Translations under genes and position numbers: made by a program
Notes under the pieces: generated by a model
Told to the model about the DNA's origin: nothing
The model's database searches: none
What the model saw: the letters and a program-made list of their open reading frames with translations, nothing else
Shown here: positions 18,048-26,357 of the stretch, piece after piece
How the letters are laid out: each line of letters opens with the position of its first letter
How positions within the stretch are numbered: position 1 is the stretch's first letter
Origin: Candidatus Uhrbacteria bacterium
GTDB taxonomy: Bacteria; Patescibacteriota; Patescibacteriia; 2-12-FULL-60-25
Reading direction: 5' to 3'
Assembly: GCA_021413945.1 (NCBI GenBank)
Contig: JAIOPK010000006.1
Location: 390,327-454,326 of the forward strand
DNA: 64,000 nucleotides

Positions 18048-20612
18048 CTTTTTGCGCGGTGCGCGTTTGGCTTTTGGTTTGGTGGTCGTTCCTTTTGCAC
18101 TGCGTTCGGCGATGAGCTCGACGGCCTTGGCGAGCGTCACGTCTTCCGGCTTCATGTCCTTTGGAATCGTGGCATTCACTTTTCCGTGTTTTACATAGTT
18201 GCCAAATTTTCCGCTGTGCAGTGTGACGGGCTTGTTATCGTCCGGATGTTTGCCGATTTCTTTGCCGACTCCGCCGCCTCGCGTGCCTTTTGGCTGGGCG
18301 AGCATTTCAAGGGCGCGTTCGAGGCTGATGGTCAGAACATCGTCAGGCTCCTTAATCGACCGGAAGTCGCCGTCATGGACGATATAGGGCCCGAAACGGC
18401 CTAGTCCTGCGCGGATATCCTTGCCTGAATCCTCTTTAACGCCGAGTAATCGAGGAAGCGCGAGAATCGAGAGAGCTTTGTTGAAGTCGAGCGTCTCGAG
18501 AGGGATCGTCTTTGGGATGCTGGCGCGCTTTGGTTTTTTCTTTGAACCTTCCTCTTCTTCGCCAAGCTGCAAATAAGGACCGTAGGATCCCGTTCGTAGG
18601 AAGATTGCCAAACCCGTTTCCGGATCGATTCCGAGCGAGGTTGGTCCTTGCTGAGCGCTCTTCAATACGGTGTCGATCGCATCCTTGGTGACTTCTCCCG
18701 GGAACATGTCAGCCGGAAGCGAGGCTTTGACGGCGGCACCCGTGATCGGCAGAGTCGACTCGACGTAAGGGCCAAATTTTCCGACTTTGATTGTGTAACC
18801 GTCGAGGTCGGGAAGATGGATAAGCTTTGCATCATCCGGAACGGTGCTTTCCATCTCGACTTTGATGCGATTCTGTAAACCTTTCTCGCCAAGGTAGAAC
18901 CCGCGGAGATAGGGAAGCCATTCCTGTGTGCCTTCCGCGATCTTGTCGAGAGATTTTTCCATGGTCGACGTGAACGTGACGTCGACAAGATCGGAAAGAT
19001 ACTTCTCGAGAAGTTGGGTGACGGCAAAAGCGGTGAAGGTTGGGATGAGAGCGCTGCCTTGTTTGGCAACGTAGCCGCGGTCGAGCAATGTCGAAATCGT
19101 TGCGGCGTATGTACTTGGTCGGCCAATACCTTCTTTTTCCATGAACTGAATGATGGAGGCTTCTGTGAAGCGTGCAGGGGGCTTTGTCTCGTGCGGAAGC
19201 GGCTTTGTGTCGACGCAAGATGGTTTGTCGCCTGTCTTTAATTCCGGAAGCGCTTTCTCGCGATCCTCAATGGCTTGCTCGACATCGTCGGCTCCTTCGA
19301 CGTAGGCGCGCAGGAATCCCGGGAATAGGATTTTCATTCCGGTTGCCTGGAATTCATTCGTGCCGGCCGAGAGGCGGGCGGAGATCTGCAATTGTTTTGC
19401 ATCCTTCATCTGCGATGCCATCGCGCGCATCCAGATCAATTCGTAGACGTCGTGCTCGCTTCCGGAAAGACCGGTTTCTTGCGGGGCGGTGAATGTCAGA
19501 CTCGGTCGAATAGCTTCGTGAGCTTCTTGTGCGCCGGCGGCGGCTTTGTCGGAGCGGGCTTCACCGATATATTCTTCGCCAAAACGAGAAGTGACTACCG
19601 AGCGAATACCTTTTAACGCTTCCGCCGACAAGTTTGTCGAGTCGGTACGCATGTAGGTGATGAAACCTTTTTCGTAGAGTGACTGAGCCGTTCGCATCGT
19701 GTCACGAGAAGACAAACCGATTTTGCGGTTGGATTCCTGCTGTAATGTCGACGTTGTGAAAGGCGGGGGAGCTTTGCGGTGCGTTTCCTTTTGCGTGACG
19801 TCCGTTACCTTCCATTCCGCTTTGAGCGAAGCATCGGCGATCGTTTTGGATGCGGCTTCATCGAGTAATAAAATATCCTTCGCATCGGCCTTGATCGCGC
19901 CAGTGGATTCATCAAAATCTTTTCCGTTGGCGATGCGCTTGCCGTCGACGAGAACGAGTTTGGCTTCGAATTTTGTCTTATCTTTTTCAAGTTCGGCAAC
20001 AACGTCCCAGTAGGAGCCTTTTCTAAATGCCATTCGTAAGCGCTCGCGGTCGACAATCGCTTTGAGGGAAGGGGATTGGACGCGGCCGGCGGAGAGGCCA
20101 AAGGCGATCTTTTTCCAGATGACGGGAGAAACGGTGTAGCCGACGAGACGATCGAGAATGCGGCGCGTCTCTTGGGCGCGCACAAGCTTCTCGTCGATAT
20201 CACGAGGATGCGCGAGCGCTTCATCGATTGCACCCTTAGTGATTTCATGAAAAACCATGCGCTTCACGGGAACTTTGGGTTTCAAAAGCTCGAGCAGGTG
20301 CCAGGAGATACTCTCTCCTTCTCGGTCTTCGTCAGTCGCCAGATAGATGTCATCGGCGTCTTTAAGTAAGCGCTTCAGTTCAGAAACGGTTTTGGCTTTC
20401 TTGGGGCTGATGACGTAAAGCGGTTCAAAATCATTCGCGACATCGACGCCAAGGCGGCCGAAATCGGTTTTTTTGTATTTTTCCGGGACCTCGTCTTGTG
20501 ACGAAGGCAAATCGCGAACATGCCCCATCGATGCAACGACCGCGTAGTCTTTGCCTAGGAACTTGCGAATTGTTTTGGCTTTCGTCGGAGACTCAACGAT
20601 TACTAAATGCAT
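18030..20612 (-). CDS. topA: DNA topoisomerase I
   Basis: TOPRIM (LVIVESPTKAKTI, DEDREGE), a type IA core, C-terminal repeat domains and a Lys-rich tail. Confidence 0.92.
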   Translation of the reverse strand: MHLVIVESPTKAKTIRKFLGKDYAVVASMGHVRDLPSSQDEVPEKYKKTDFGRLGVDVANDFEPLYVISPKKAKTVSELKRLLKDADDIYLATDEDREGESISWHLLELLKPKVPVKRMVFHEITKGAIDEALAHPRDIDEKLVRAQETRRILDRLVGYTVSPVIWKKIAFGLSAGRVQSPSLKAIVDRERLRMAFRKGSYWDVVAELEKDKTKFEAKLVLVDGKRIANGKDFDESTGAIKADAKDILLLDEAASKTIADASLKAEWKVTDVTQKETHRKAPPPFTTSTLQQESNRKIGLSSRDTMRTAQSLYEKGFITYMRTDSTNLSAEALKGIRSVVTSRFGEEYIGEARSDKAAAGAQEAHEAIRPSLTFTAPQETGLSGSEHDVYELIWMRAMASQMKDAKQLQISARLSAGTNEFQATGMKILFPGFLRAYVEGADDVEQAIEDREKALPELKTGDKPSCVDTKPLPHETKPPARFTEASIIQFMEKEGIGRPSTYAATISTLLDRGYVAKQGSALIPTFTAFAVTQLLEKYLSDLVDVTFTSTMEKSLDKIAEGTQEWLPYLRGFYLGEKGLQNRIKVEMESTVPDDAKLIHLPDLDGYTIKVGKFGPYVESTLPITGAAVKASLPADMFPGEVTKDAIDTVLKSAQQGPTSLGIDPETGLAIFLRTGSYGPYLQLGEEEEGSKKKPKRASIPKTIPLETLDFNKALSILALPRLLGVKEDSGKDIRAGLGRFGPYIVHDGDFRSIKEPDDVLTISLERALEMLAQPKGTRGGGVGKEIGKHPDDNKPVTLHSGKFGNYVKHGKVNATIPKDMKPEDVTLAKAVELIAERSAKGTTTKPKAKRAPRKKKTPAE

Positions 20613-20629
20613 AGGGCAGGTTTCAGTGG

Positions 20630-21049
20630 TCAGTGGTCAGGTTTTAGGGATGATATGAGACCGTTGAGCATCTTGGAGATTTCGTTGATGTCTTGTAGTA
20701 GAGCATTAACATCTGCGGAGTACAAATCTTTTAGGATCAAGATTTGCGTTTCAATCTCTGCAAGTGAGCCCTGCGCGGTTCTAACGAAGTGCAGATAATC
20801 TTTTCTCGTACCGCGCTTGGAGCCTTCAGCGATGTTGCTTGGAACTGATATGGCTGATCGTCTTAACTGGCTTTTTAGTACCGTCTCTTCCCTGAGCGGT
20901 AATCGCTCTAGAAGTGAATAGACGTTTTTGACAAGTAGCATGCTCTTCTGCCAAACAATCAAATCTTTATAGTTTTTGATTGGCTTGTTAGCAATTGACG
21001 ACTTGTTTGCTGAAACCTGATCACTAACAACTGAAAACTGTGTAGACAT
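20630..21049 (-). CDS. four-helix-bundle protein (23S rRNA intervening-sequence protein family)
   Basis: LVWQKSMLLVKNVY...SQLRRSAISVPSNIAEGSKRGTRKDYLHFVRTAQGSLAEIETQ matches the family signature. The gene is visibly more AT-rich than its flanks. Confidence 0.75.
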   Translation of the reverse strand: MSTQFSVVSDQVSANKSSIANKPIKNYKDLIVWQKSMLLVKNVYSLLERLPLREETVLKSQLRRSAISVPSNIAEGSKRGTRKDYLHFVRTAQGSLAEIETQILILKDLYSADVNALLQDINEISKMLNGLISSLKPDH

Positions 21050-21065
21050 ATATATAGGCTAAAGG

Positions 21066-21953
21066 TCATTTACGCAAACGTGACGAGGTGCGAGACCAGA
21101 ATTGTCCGCCAAGTTGAGCCACATATCCTTTCATTTCGAGAAGCGAGAGGTGGGCGCTTGTCGTCGCCGCATCGAGGCCGGCTTGGGTGGAGAGATCGTC
21201 GACGTGGATATGGCCCGTAATGAGGCCGAGGATCGTGCTTTCCTCCGCTGTCAGCGGCATTGATGCGCGGACTTGCGAGACCAATTCCGGTCGATCGAGC
21301 TGTAATACGTCAAGCACGTCCGTCGCATTCGTACAGACTTTTGCGCCGAGCGTAAGCAGGCGATTCGACCCTTGTGAAACCTCGGACCAGATGGAACCGG
21401 GCACGGCTAGCACTTCGCGATTGTCGTCGAGGGCAAGTTTTGCCGTGATGAGCGAGCCGCTTCCGATGCTGGCTTCGACGACGATTGTCGCAGGCGTCCA
21501 GCCGGCGATCAGGCGATTGCGTCTCGGGAACACGTGTTTAAATGAACCGGAACCCGGAGGAAACTCGGAAACGAGTGCGCCTCCGCTTTCCAGGATGTCA
21601 TGGGCGAGCTTGAGATGTTCGCGAGGGTAAATCGTCGCTTCGTCAATTCCGGTTCCGAGAATGGCAACCGTGTAGCCTCCCGCTTCGAGCGCGGCTTTAT
21701 GTGCTTCTCCGTCGATACCGAGCGCGAGTCCGGAGACGACGCCGAGACCTGCGACGACGAGATCGGCTACGATTTCATGCGTGGCTCGCCGGCCATACGG
21801 CGTACATCGGCGCGTGCCGACGATCGAGACGCATGGCGTATCTTGCAGGTTGCCTCGAACATACAATCCTTTTGGCGGATCGCTGATTTGGCGAAGCAGC
21901 GGCGGATAGCGCGCGTCGTCGATGGGAATGAATTCGATGGAATCAGGAAGCAC
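21066..21953 (-). CDS. dprA: DNA-processing protein DprA (Smf)
   Basis: Rossmann-like core (VSIVGTRRCTPYGRRAT...GLALGIDGEAHKAAL) and a C-terminal winged helix. Confidence 0.85.
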   Translation of the reverse strand: MLPDSIEFIPIDDARYPPLLRQISDPPKGLYVRGNLQDTPCVSIVGTRRCTPYGRRATHEIVADLVVAGLGVVSGLALGIDGEAHKAALEAGGYTVAILGTGIDEATIYPREHLKLAHDILESGGALVSEFPPGSGSFKHVFPRRNRLIAGWTPATIVVEASIGSGSLITAKLALDDNREVLAVPGSIWSEVSQGSNRLLTLGAKVCTNATDVLDVLQLDRPELVSQVRASMPLTAEESTILGLITGHIHVDDLSTQAGLDAATTSAHLSLLEMKGYVAQLGGQFWSRTSSRLRK

Positions 21954-22147
21954 TCTCTACTCCGTTGTATGAAAACGATATTTTCGTCAAGGGGATAACC
22001 CCTCTAAATCTCCCCTTCGTTAAAAAAATACTTCCTAGATTAACAAAACGCCCGCTTGTGGCGGGGTTTTGTTCTGGCGACATTCGTAGGATTGGTACCC
22101 TGGTAGTTCGAGTATAATTGTTTTCTACGACATGCGTCAATTCCTCT

Positions 22148-22223
22148 GCGGAGCCGATGCGGGGAATCGAACCCCGTCTCCCAGGGTACCAATCCTGAGA
22201 TAGTCACCAGACCATCGGCCCGC
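22148..22223 (-). ncRNA. tRNA-like minihelix element directly 3' of pth (not a canonical tRNA)
   Basis: The minus-strand RNA has a perfect T-arm (CGGGG-TTCGATT-CCCCG) stacked on an acceptor-like stem (GCCGATG/CATCGGC), extended to 11 bp with one bulge. The rest is too short for normal D and anticodon arms. Its 16-nt arm AGGATTGGTACCCTGG is repeated in inverted orientation at 22088-22103. A hairpin plus U-tract follows at about 22047-22074. Confidence 0.35.
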
Positions 22224-22224
22224 T

Positions 22225-22794
22225 CTATACTCCGTTCCACACATTCATGGTCTTTGTCAAGCCCTGCGTCACCCAGTCTTGAATTGCTTTGTTGATATTT
22301 TTGGCTTGCGACTTGAGTAATTTCTTTTCAGCGGCAGAAAACTTGCCCAAGACGTAATCTTCTCTTGCGATGTGGCGATCCGGTTTGCCGACTCCGATTC
22401 GGAGACGCGCAATCTCTCTTGAGCCAGTGGCTTGCTGTATCGAAAGGATGCCGTTATGACCTGCAGGACCGGAGCCTGTGGAAAACTTGAATGTGCCGAC
22501 AGGAAAATCCATTTCATCTTGGACGATGAGGATGTCAGCGTTATCTATTTTGAAGAAGGATTTGAATGTTTGGACGGAGTTGCCGGAGAGGTTCATGAAG
22601 GTGAGAGGGTGGGCGAACAAGACTTTCTTTCCGCCGATTGTCGCTTCTGAAACCTCGGCATGGAAGGCAGCTTTCTTTGAAAAAGGAGTTGCCTCGGCAG
22701 CTTCTGCCGCCAACGTAACCGCATCCCAACCAATATTGTGGCGGGTTCCGTCGTATTCCTTCCCCGGGTTTCCGAGTCCGACAATGAGTTTCAT
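22225..22794 (-). CDS. pth: peptidyl-tRNA hydrolase
   Basis: MKLIVGLGNPGKEYDGTRHNIGW and GHNG motifs. Confidence 0.9.
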   Translation of the reverse strand: MKLIVGLGNPGKEYDGTRHNIGWDAVTLAAEAAEATPFSKKAAFHAEVSEATIGGKKVLFAHPLTFMNLSGNSVQTFKSFFKIDNADILIVQDEMDFPVGTFKFSTGSGPAGHNGILSIQQATGSREIARLRIGVGKPDRHIAREDYVLGKFSAAEKKLLKSQAKNINKAIQDWVTQGLTKTMNVWNGV

Positions 22795-22824
22795 GAGAGA
22801 ATGATATGCTATGATGAGTTATCT

Positions 22825-23229
22825 ATGCAAAAAAGTAGTAGATATTGGGAATCTGTCGTCGGTTACACGTTGATGTATTCCGTAGCTACTTACTTTCTTA
22901 CAAGTATTATATTCGGATTGCTGCTCGGAGGAGGAGGTTTGGCAGGAGCATTCGCAACCGCATACATGTTGATCGGATTCTCATTTTTCATTCCTTTCAT
23001 AGCGACGCTCCTCACGGAGCACTCTGTAAGACAGCTAACGCCGACTGACTTCAGTGTTCGAAAAACTTTTTTTGCTATTTTCTGTATTGCGTTTATTTGG
23101 GAACTTATTTTTTTATCATATGTGTGGCTACAACTCTACTCATCTGATCAAAAGCTGAAGGAGGTGAACAGAGAACGAACACGAGTCGTCGAGCCTTATA
23201 TTCAAGGAGGTTCCGTGTTCATCAAATAA
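22825..23229 (+). CDS. hypothetical membrane protein
   Basis: AT-rich ORF with 3-4 TM helices. Start is at ATG 22825, or possibly 22801. No family recognised. Confidence 0.45.
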   Translation: MQKSSRYWESVVGYTLMYSVATYFLTSIIFGLLLGGGGLAGAFATAYMLIGFSFFIPFIATLLTEHSVRQLTPTDFSVRKTFFAIFCIAFIWELIFLSYVWLQLYSSDQKLKEVNRERTRVVEPYIQGGSVFIK

Positions 23230-23230
23230 C

Positions 23231-23262
23231 AAAATTCCCCCGCAGTACTGCGGGGGAATTTT
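23231..23262. terminator. bidirectional terminator
   Basis: AAAATTCCCCCGCAGTACTGCGGGGGAATTTT. Confidence 0.75.
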
Positions 23263-23264
23263 GT

Positions 23265-24746
23265 TTAGTAGCGGCGTCCGCCGTGTTTCTGACGGCGCAT
23301 GGTCTGGTTGACCAGCTTTTTCTTGTGGCGGACTTTTCCGACGGCGGCTTCCATACCCGGGCCGTTGACGTTGTGCTTCTTGAGCGTCTTGGCCATTGGC
23401 AAGTGGCGTACTTTCACGAGAATCGGCGTGCCGGTGAAAGCGAATTTGTCGCGGAGACGCTTTTGGAAGAACTTGAGCCAGTTTGGATGCAAGTTGTCCT
23501 TATCTCCGTGAACGGTGACCAAAAATGTCGGCGGCGCGTGGCCGGTTTGGGCGACGTCGTAGATGCGCGGTGACTTAGGTCCGTAGCTTGCGAGCGGCTT
23601 CATGCGCTGGATACACCACTTGAGAACGCGGTTCACGGCGTTATAGTCGATGTGACGCATGCGCTCTTCCTGAACCTTCACAGCCATCTCGATAAGCTTT
23701 CCGGCACGTTGCCCATCCTTGGCGCTCACGAAAATCATCGGAGCCCAAGAGAGGAAGGGGAACAGCTGGCGAATGAGGGCTTCGTATTCATTTGTCGATC
23801 CGGTTTCTTTGTTCTCGACGAGATCCCACTTGTTGGCGACGAGAATCAAGCCCTTTGCAGATTCCTCAAGCATGCCGGCCAAGTGACGATCTTGCGAGCG
23901 CGGATCTTCCGTAGCGTCGAATACAAGCAAAGCGACATCGGCGCCATCAACAGACATGCGATTACGCTCGATGGATGCTTCCTCGATGCCTTTTTCGACA
24001 CGAGAACGCTTGCGCATTCCGGCGGTATCGACAATGACGACTTCACGGCCTTCATATTTCAAATACGTGTCCTGTGGTTCACGTGTGGTGTGGGGGATTG
24101 GCGAAACAATCGAACGCTCCTCGCCGAGGATCGCGTTCACGAGAGAAGACTTGCCGACGTTCGGTCGACCGACGAGGACGATCTTCAACGGACGTGCTTC
24201 CGGAATAACTTGCGGAGGTTTTCCGAGGCGGTTCAGTTCGACAAAGATTTCATCAAGCAAATCACCCGAACCGAGGGAGGTCGCGGCGCTCACGATATGC
24301 GGAATGCCAAAGCCGAGGGATTGCCATTCTTGAGCAAAGGCATCGTTGAACTCGCGAAGGGTATCGACCTTGTTGGCGACGAGCCAGACATTCTTGTGGA
24401 GCTTTCTGACGGACTTGGCGAGTTCGATATCTTGCGGGAGTAGACCGGAACGCGCATCGACCACAAATAATACGATATCCGCTTCTTTGATGGCGAATTC
24501 CGCTTGCGTTTTGATTCCGGCGCCGATCACGTCTTTCTCTACATCCATACCGCCGGTGTCGACCAACTCAAAAGATGCACCTCCCCAAATAACGGGGGCG
24601 TAGTTACGATCGCGAGTTGTGTGCGGACTGGCGCTTACGATGGCACGACCGGACTCGGTCAAGCGATTCCACAGTGTGGATTTACCGACGTTTGTACGAC
24701 CGACCAAGGCAACACGCGGCAAGTCACGGCCGAGTTTGTGTCGCAT
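23265..24746 (-). CDS. der: ribosome-associated GTPase Der/EngA
   Basis: Two tandem GTPase domains (GRTNVGKST and GRPNVGKSS P-loops), a KH-like C-terminal domain and a basic tail. Confidence 0.9.
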   Translation of the reverse strand: MRHKLGRDLPRVALVGRTNVGKSTLWNRLTESGRAIVSASPHTTRDRNYAPVIWGGASFELVDTGGMDVEKDVIGAGIKTQAEFAIKEADIVLFVVDARSGLLPQDIELAKSVRKLHKNVWLVANKVDTLREFNDAFAQEWQSLGFGIPHIVSAATSLGSGDLLDEIFVELNRLGKPPQVIPEARPLKIVLVGRPNVGKSSLVNAILGEERSIVSPIPHTTREPQDTYLKYEGREVVIVDTAGMRKRSRVEKGIEEASIERNRMSVDGADVALLVFDATEDPRSQDRHLAGMLEESAKGLILVANKWDLVENKETGSTNEYEALIRQLFPFLSWAPMIFVSAKDGQRAGKLIEMAVKVQEERMRHIDYNAVNRVLKWCIQRMKPLASYGPKSPRIYDVAQTGHAPPTFLVTVHGDKDNLHPNWLKFFQKRLRDKFAFTGTPILVKVRHLPMAKTLKKHNVNGPGMEAAVGKVRHKKKLVNQTMRRQKHGGRRY

Positions 24747-26211
24747 ATGGACTAGCTACCAGTGCATACGAGCTCTCGCCTAGGAGGACGAGAAAATCCG
24801 TATCGTCGTTGTAGATGATTTCCATTGCGTTCGCGGCGGTATAAACCGCGCGGCGTTTGATCCCGTCATTTCCGACCGTAGTCGTAACAACAGAAAGGGA
24901 GACATCTGCGGCGAGCTGGCGGCGAAGTTTGGCTAGTTCATCGGATTTTTTGCCATCTGTCAAGTCTACAAGGAGGGTCCGTGTGTAGTTCCGGCGGGCG
25001 GCATTGCCCATGTTTTGAGCGGAAAAGCCCTCTAGGTTGAGGTTATTGCTGATTTGGAAGGCTAAACCGGTGTGCAGTGTGCCGTTTTTTACCTCTACTT
25101 TGGAGAAAATTGGCGCATTTTTATCGCGCTCTTCTTGGCTGGCAAATGGGTTTTTTACCAAGTCCTTAATACGCGTCCAGTCGTTTCCGCGTGGGAACAA
25201 AAGGAAGTTTCCATTCACGTTGGCGGCGACAAGCTCACCGCCTTCCGCATCGGTTAGAACATGCGAGGTGATTTTCTCCGTTGAAAAATCCTGCACTAAC
25301 GGCGCGAGTTTGATGGCGTCCCAAGGAGATAAGTCCGACTGAACATGGGTCGTGACAGCTTGATAGAGTTTGGCGAGTTTTCCCGGATCCGCGAGCGTGT
25401 TAAGCGACAACAACTTCTGTCGAACGGCGAGCATCACGAGTTGCTGACGTCGAGCACGGGCAAAGTCGGAGCCTTCACCATTGGAGCCGTGTCGCGAGCG
25501 CACATAGATCAGAGCGGTTTTTCCGTCCATTTCCTGCTTGCCTTTTTTAAAGGAGATGGTTTGCCAGAGATCGTCGGTGGTCGGGTACTCGTTGTCGGCG
25601 AAGGAGCGCTCGACATCGATCGTGACTCCACCGATCGCGTCGATGAAGGCGGCGAAACCGCGGAAATCGATACGGACGACGTGGTCGATATTGATGCCGA
25701 GGAAGTCGGAGAACATGCGGGCGGTGCGGACGGCGCCTTCACCCGGATGAGCCTGTTCTTCCCATGCGTGCACGGCGTTGATCTTTTCAAAGTTTCCGTT
25801 TCCAAGCGGATAAGCCATGTCGCGCGGGATCGAGACGATGCCGACTTTCTTTGTATCGAGGTCGACGGTGGCGAGCATGATGCTGTCTGTCAGTAGTGAA
25901 CCGTCATGTCCTGCTCCGCCAATGCCGAGGACGAGGACGCGCATGAGATTCGGTTCATTGTCCGCTTGGCCCGTGAGCGTATCAACGTCGCTCGGTGCCG
26001 CACCAAAGACGAGCTGGCGCGCGTCGCTGATAACGGGAAGACGTCCAAATTCCGTGAAGACATCCGTACCGCGCTCGACGGAACGATACGATGCGGCACC
26101 TCCGGCAAATGCGACGAGCGCGACAAACAGCGTAAAAACGCCGGCGAGCGCAAGGGTTTTGCGACGGGCGACGGCGTCATGGTCTACGTTCAAAAAATTC
26201 ACTGACGTCAT
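24724..26211 (-). CDS. LytR-CpsA-Psr (LCP) family cell-envelope phosphotransferase
   Basis: N-terminal TM anchor, LCP core (LVLGIGGAGHDGSLLTDSIMLATVD...RSRH) and a LytR_C-like C-terminal domain. Confidence 0.8.
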   Translation of the reverse strand: MTSVNFLNVDHDAVARRKTLALAGVFTLFVALVAFAGGAASYRSVERGTDVFTEFGRLPVISDARQLVFGAAPSDVDTLTGQADNEPNLMRVLVLGIGGAGHDGSLLTDSIMLATVDLDTKKVGIVSIPRDMAYPLGNGNFEKINAVHAWEEQAHPGEGAVRTARMFSDFLGINIDHVVRIDFRGFAAFIDAIGGVTIDVERSFADNEYPTTDDLWQTISFKKGKQEMDGKTALIYVRSRHGSNGEGSDFARARRQQLVMLAVRQKLLSLNTLADPGKLAKLYQAVTTHVQSDLSPWDAIKLAPLVQDFSTEKITSHVLTDAEGGELVAANVNGNFLLFPRGNDWTRIKDLVKNPFASQEERDKNAPIFSKVEVKNGTLHTGLAFQISNNLNLEGFSAQNMGNAARRNYTRTLLVDLTDGKKSDELAKLRRQLAADVSLSVVTTTVGNDGIKRRAVYTAANAMEIIYNDDTDFLVLLGESSYALVASPYATQTRP

Positions 26212-26357
26212 GTCGTGTGGGAAGCGAAATCGTTTTCAAGGTTAGCATAAATCGATGACGCTAGCAATGCGCGGAACGACGTGAATAGCTGGGGGTAAGT
26301 ACGCCCAGACGCTCCATGTTCTTAGCTAACTGCTCTATGTTATACTGTCTCCGAGTT

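Noticed and set aside
22148-22223. Canonical tRNA gene after pth
   Set aside because: Only 67 nt lie between the acceptor strands. No 4-bp D-stem can form, and the anticodon-like hairpin needs an 8-nt loop or mismatches. I report it as tRNA-like rather than as a tRNA.
26316-26357. Track start (26316) of the 1000-aa membrane protein
   Set aside because: The ATG at 26358 gives a typical signal-peptide N-terminus (MPLRSFASWKNLFVVCAVALF). The 14 upstream codons overlap a TATACT -10-like box.
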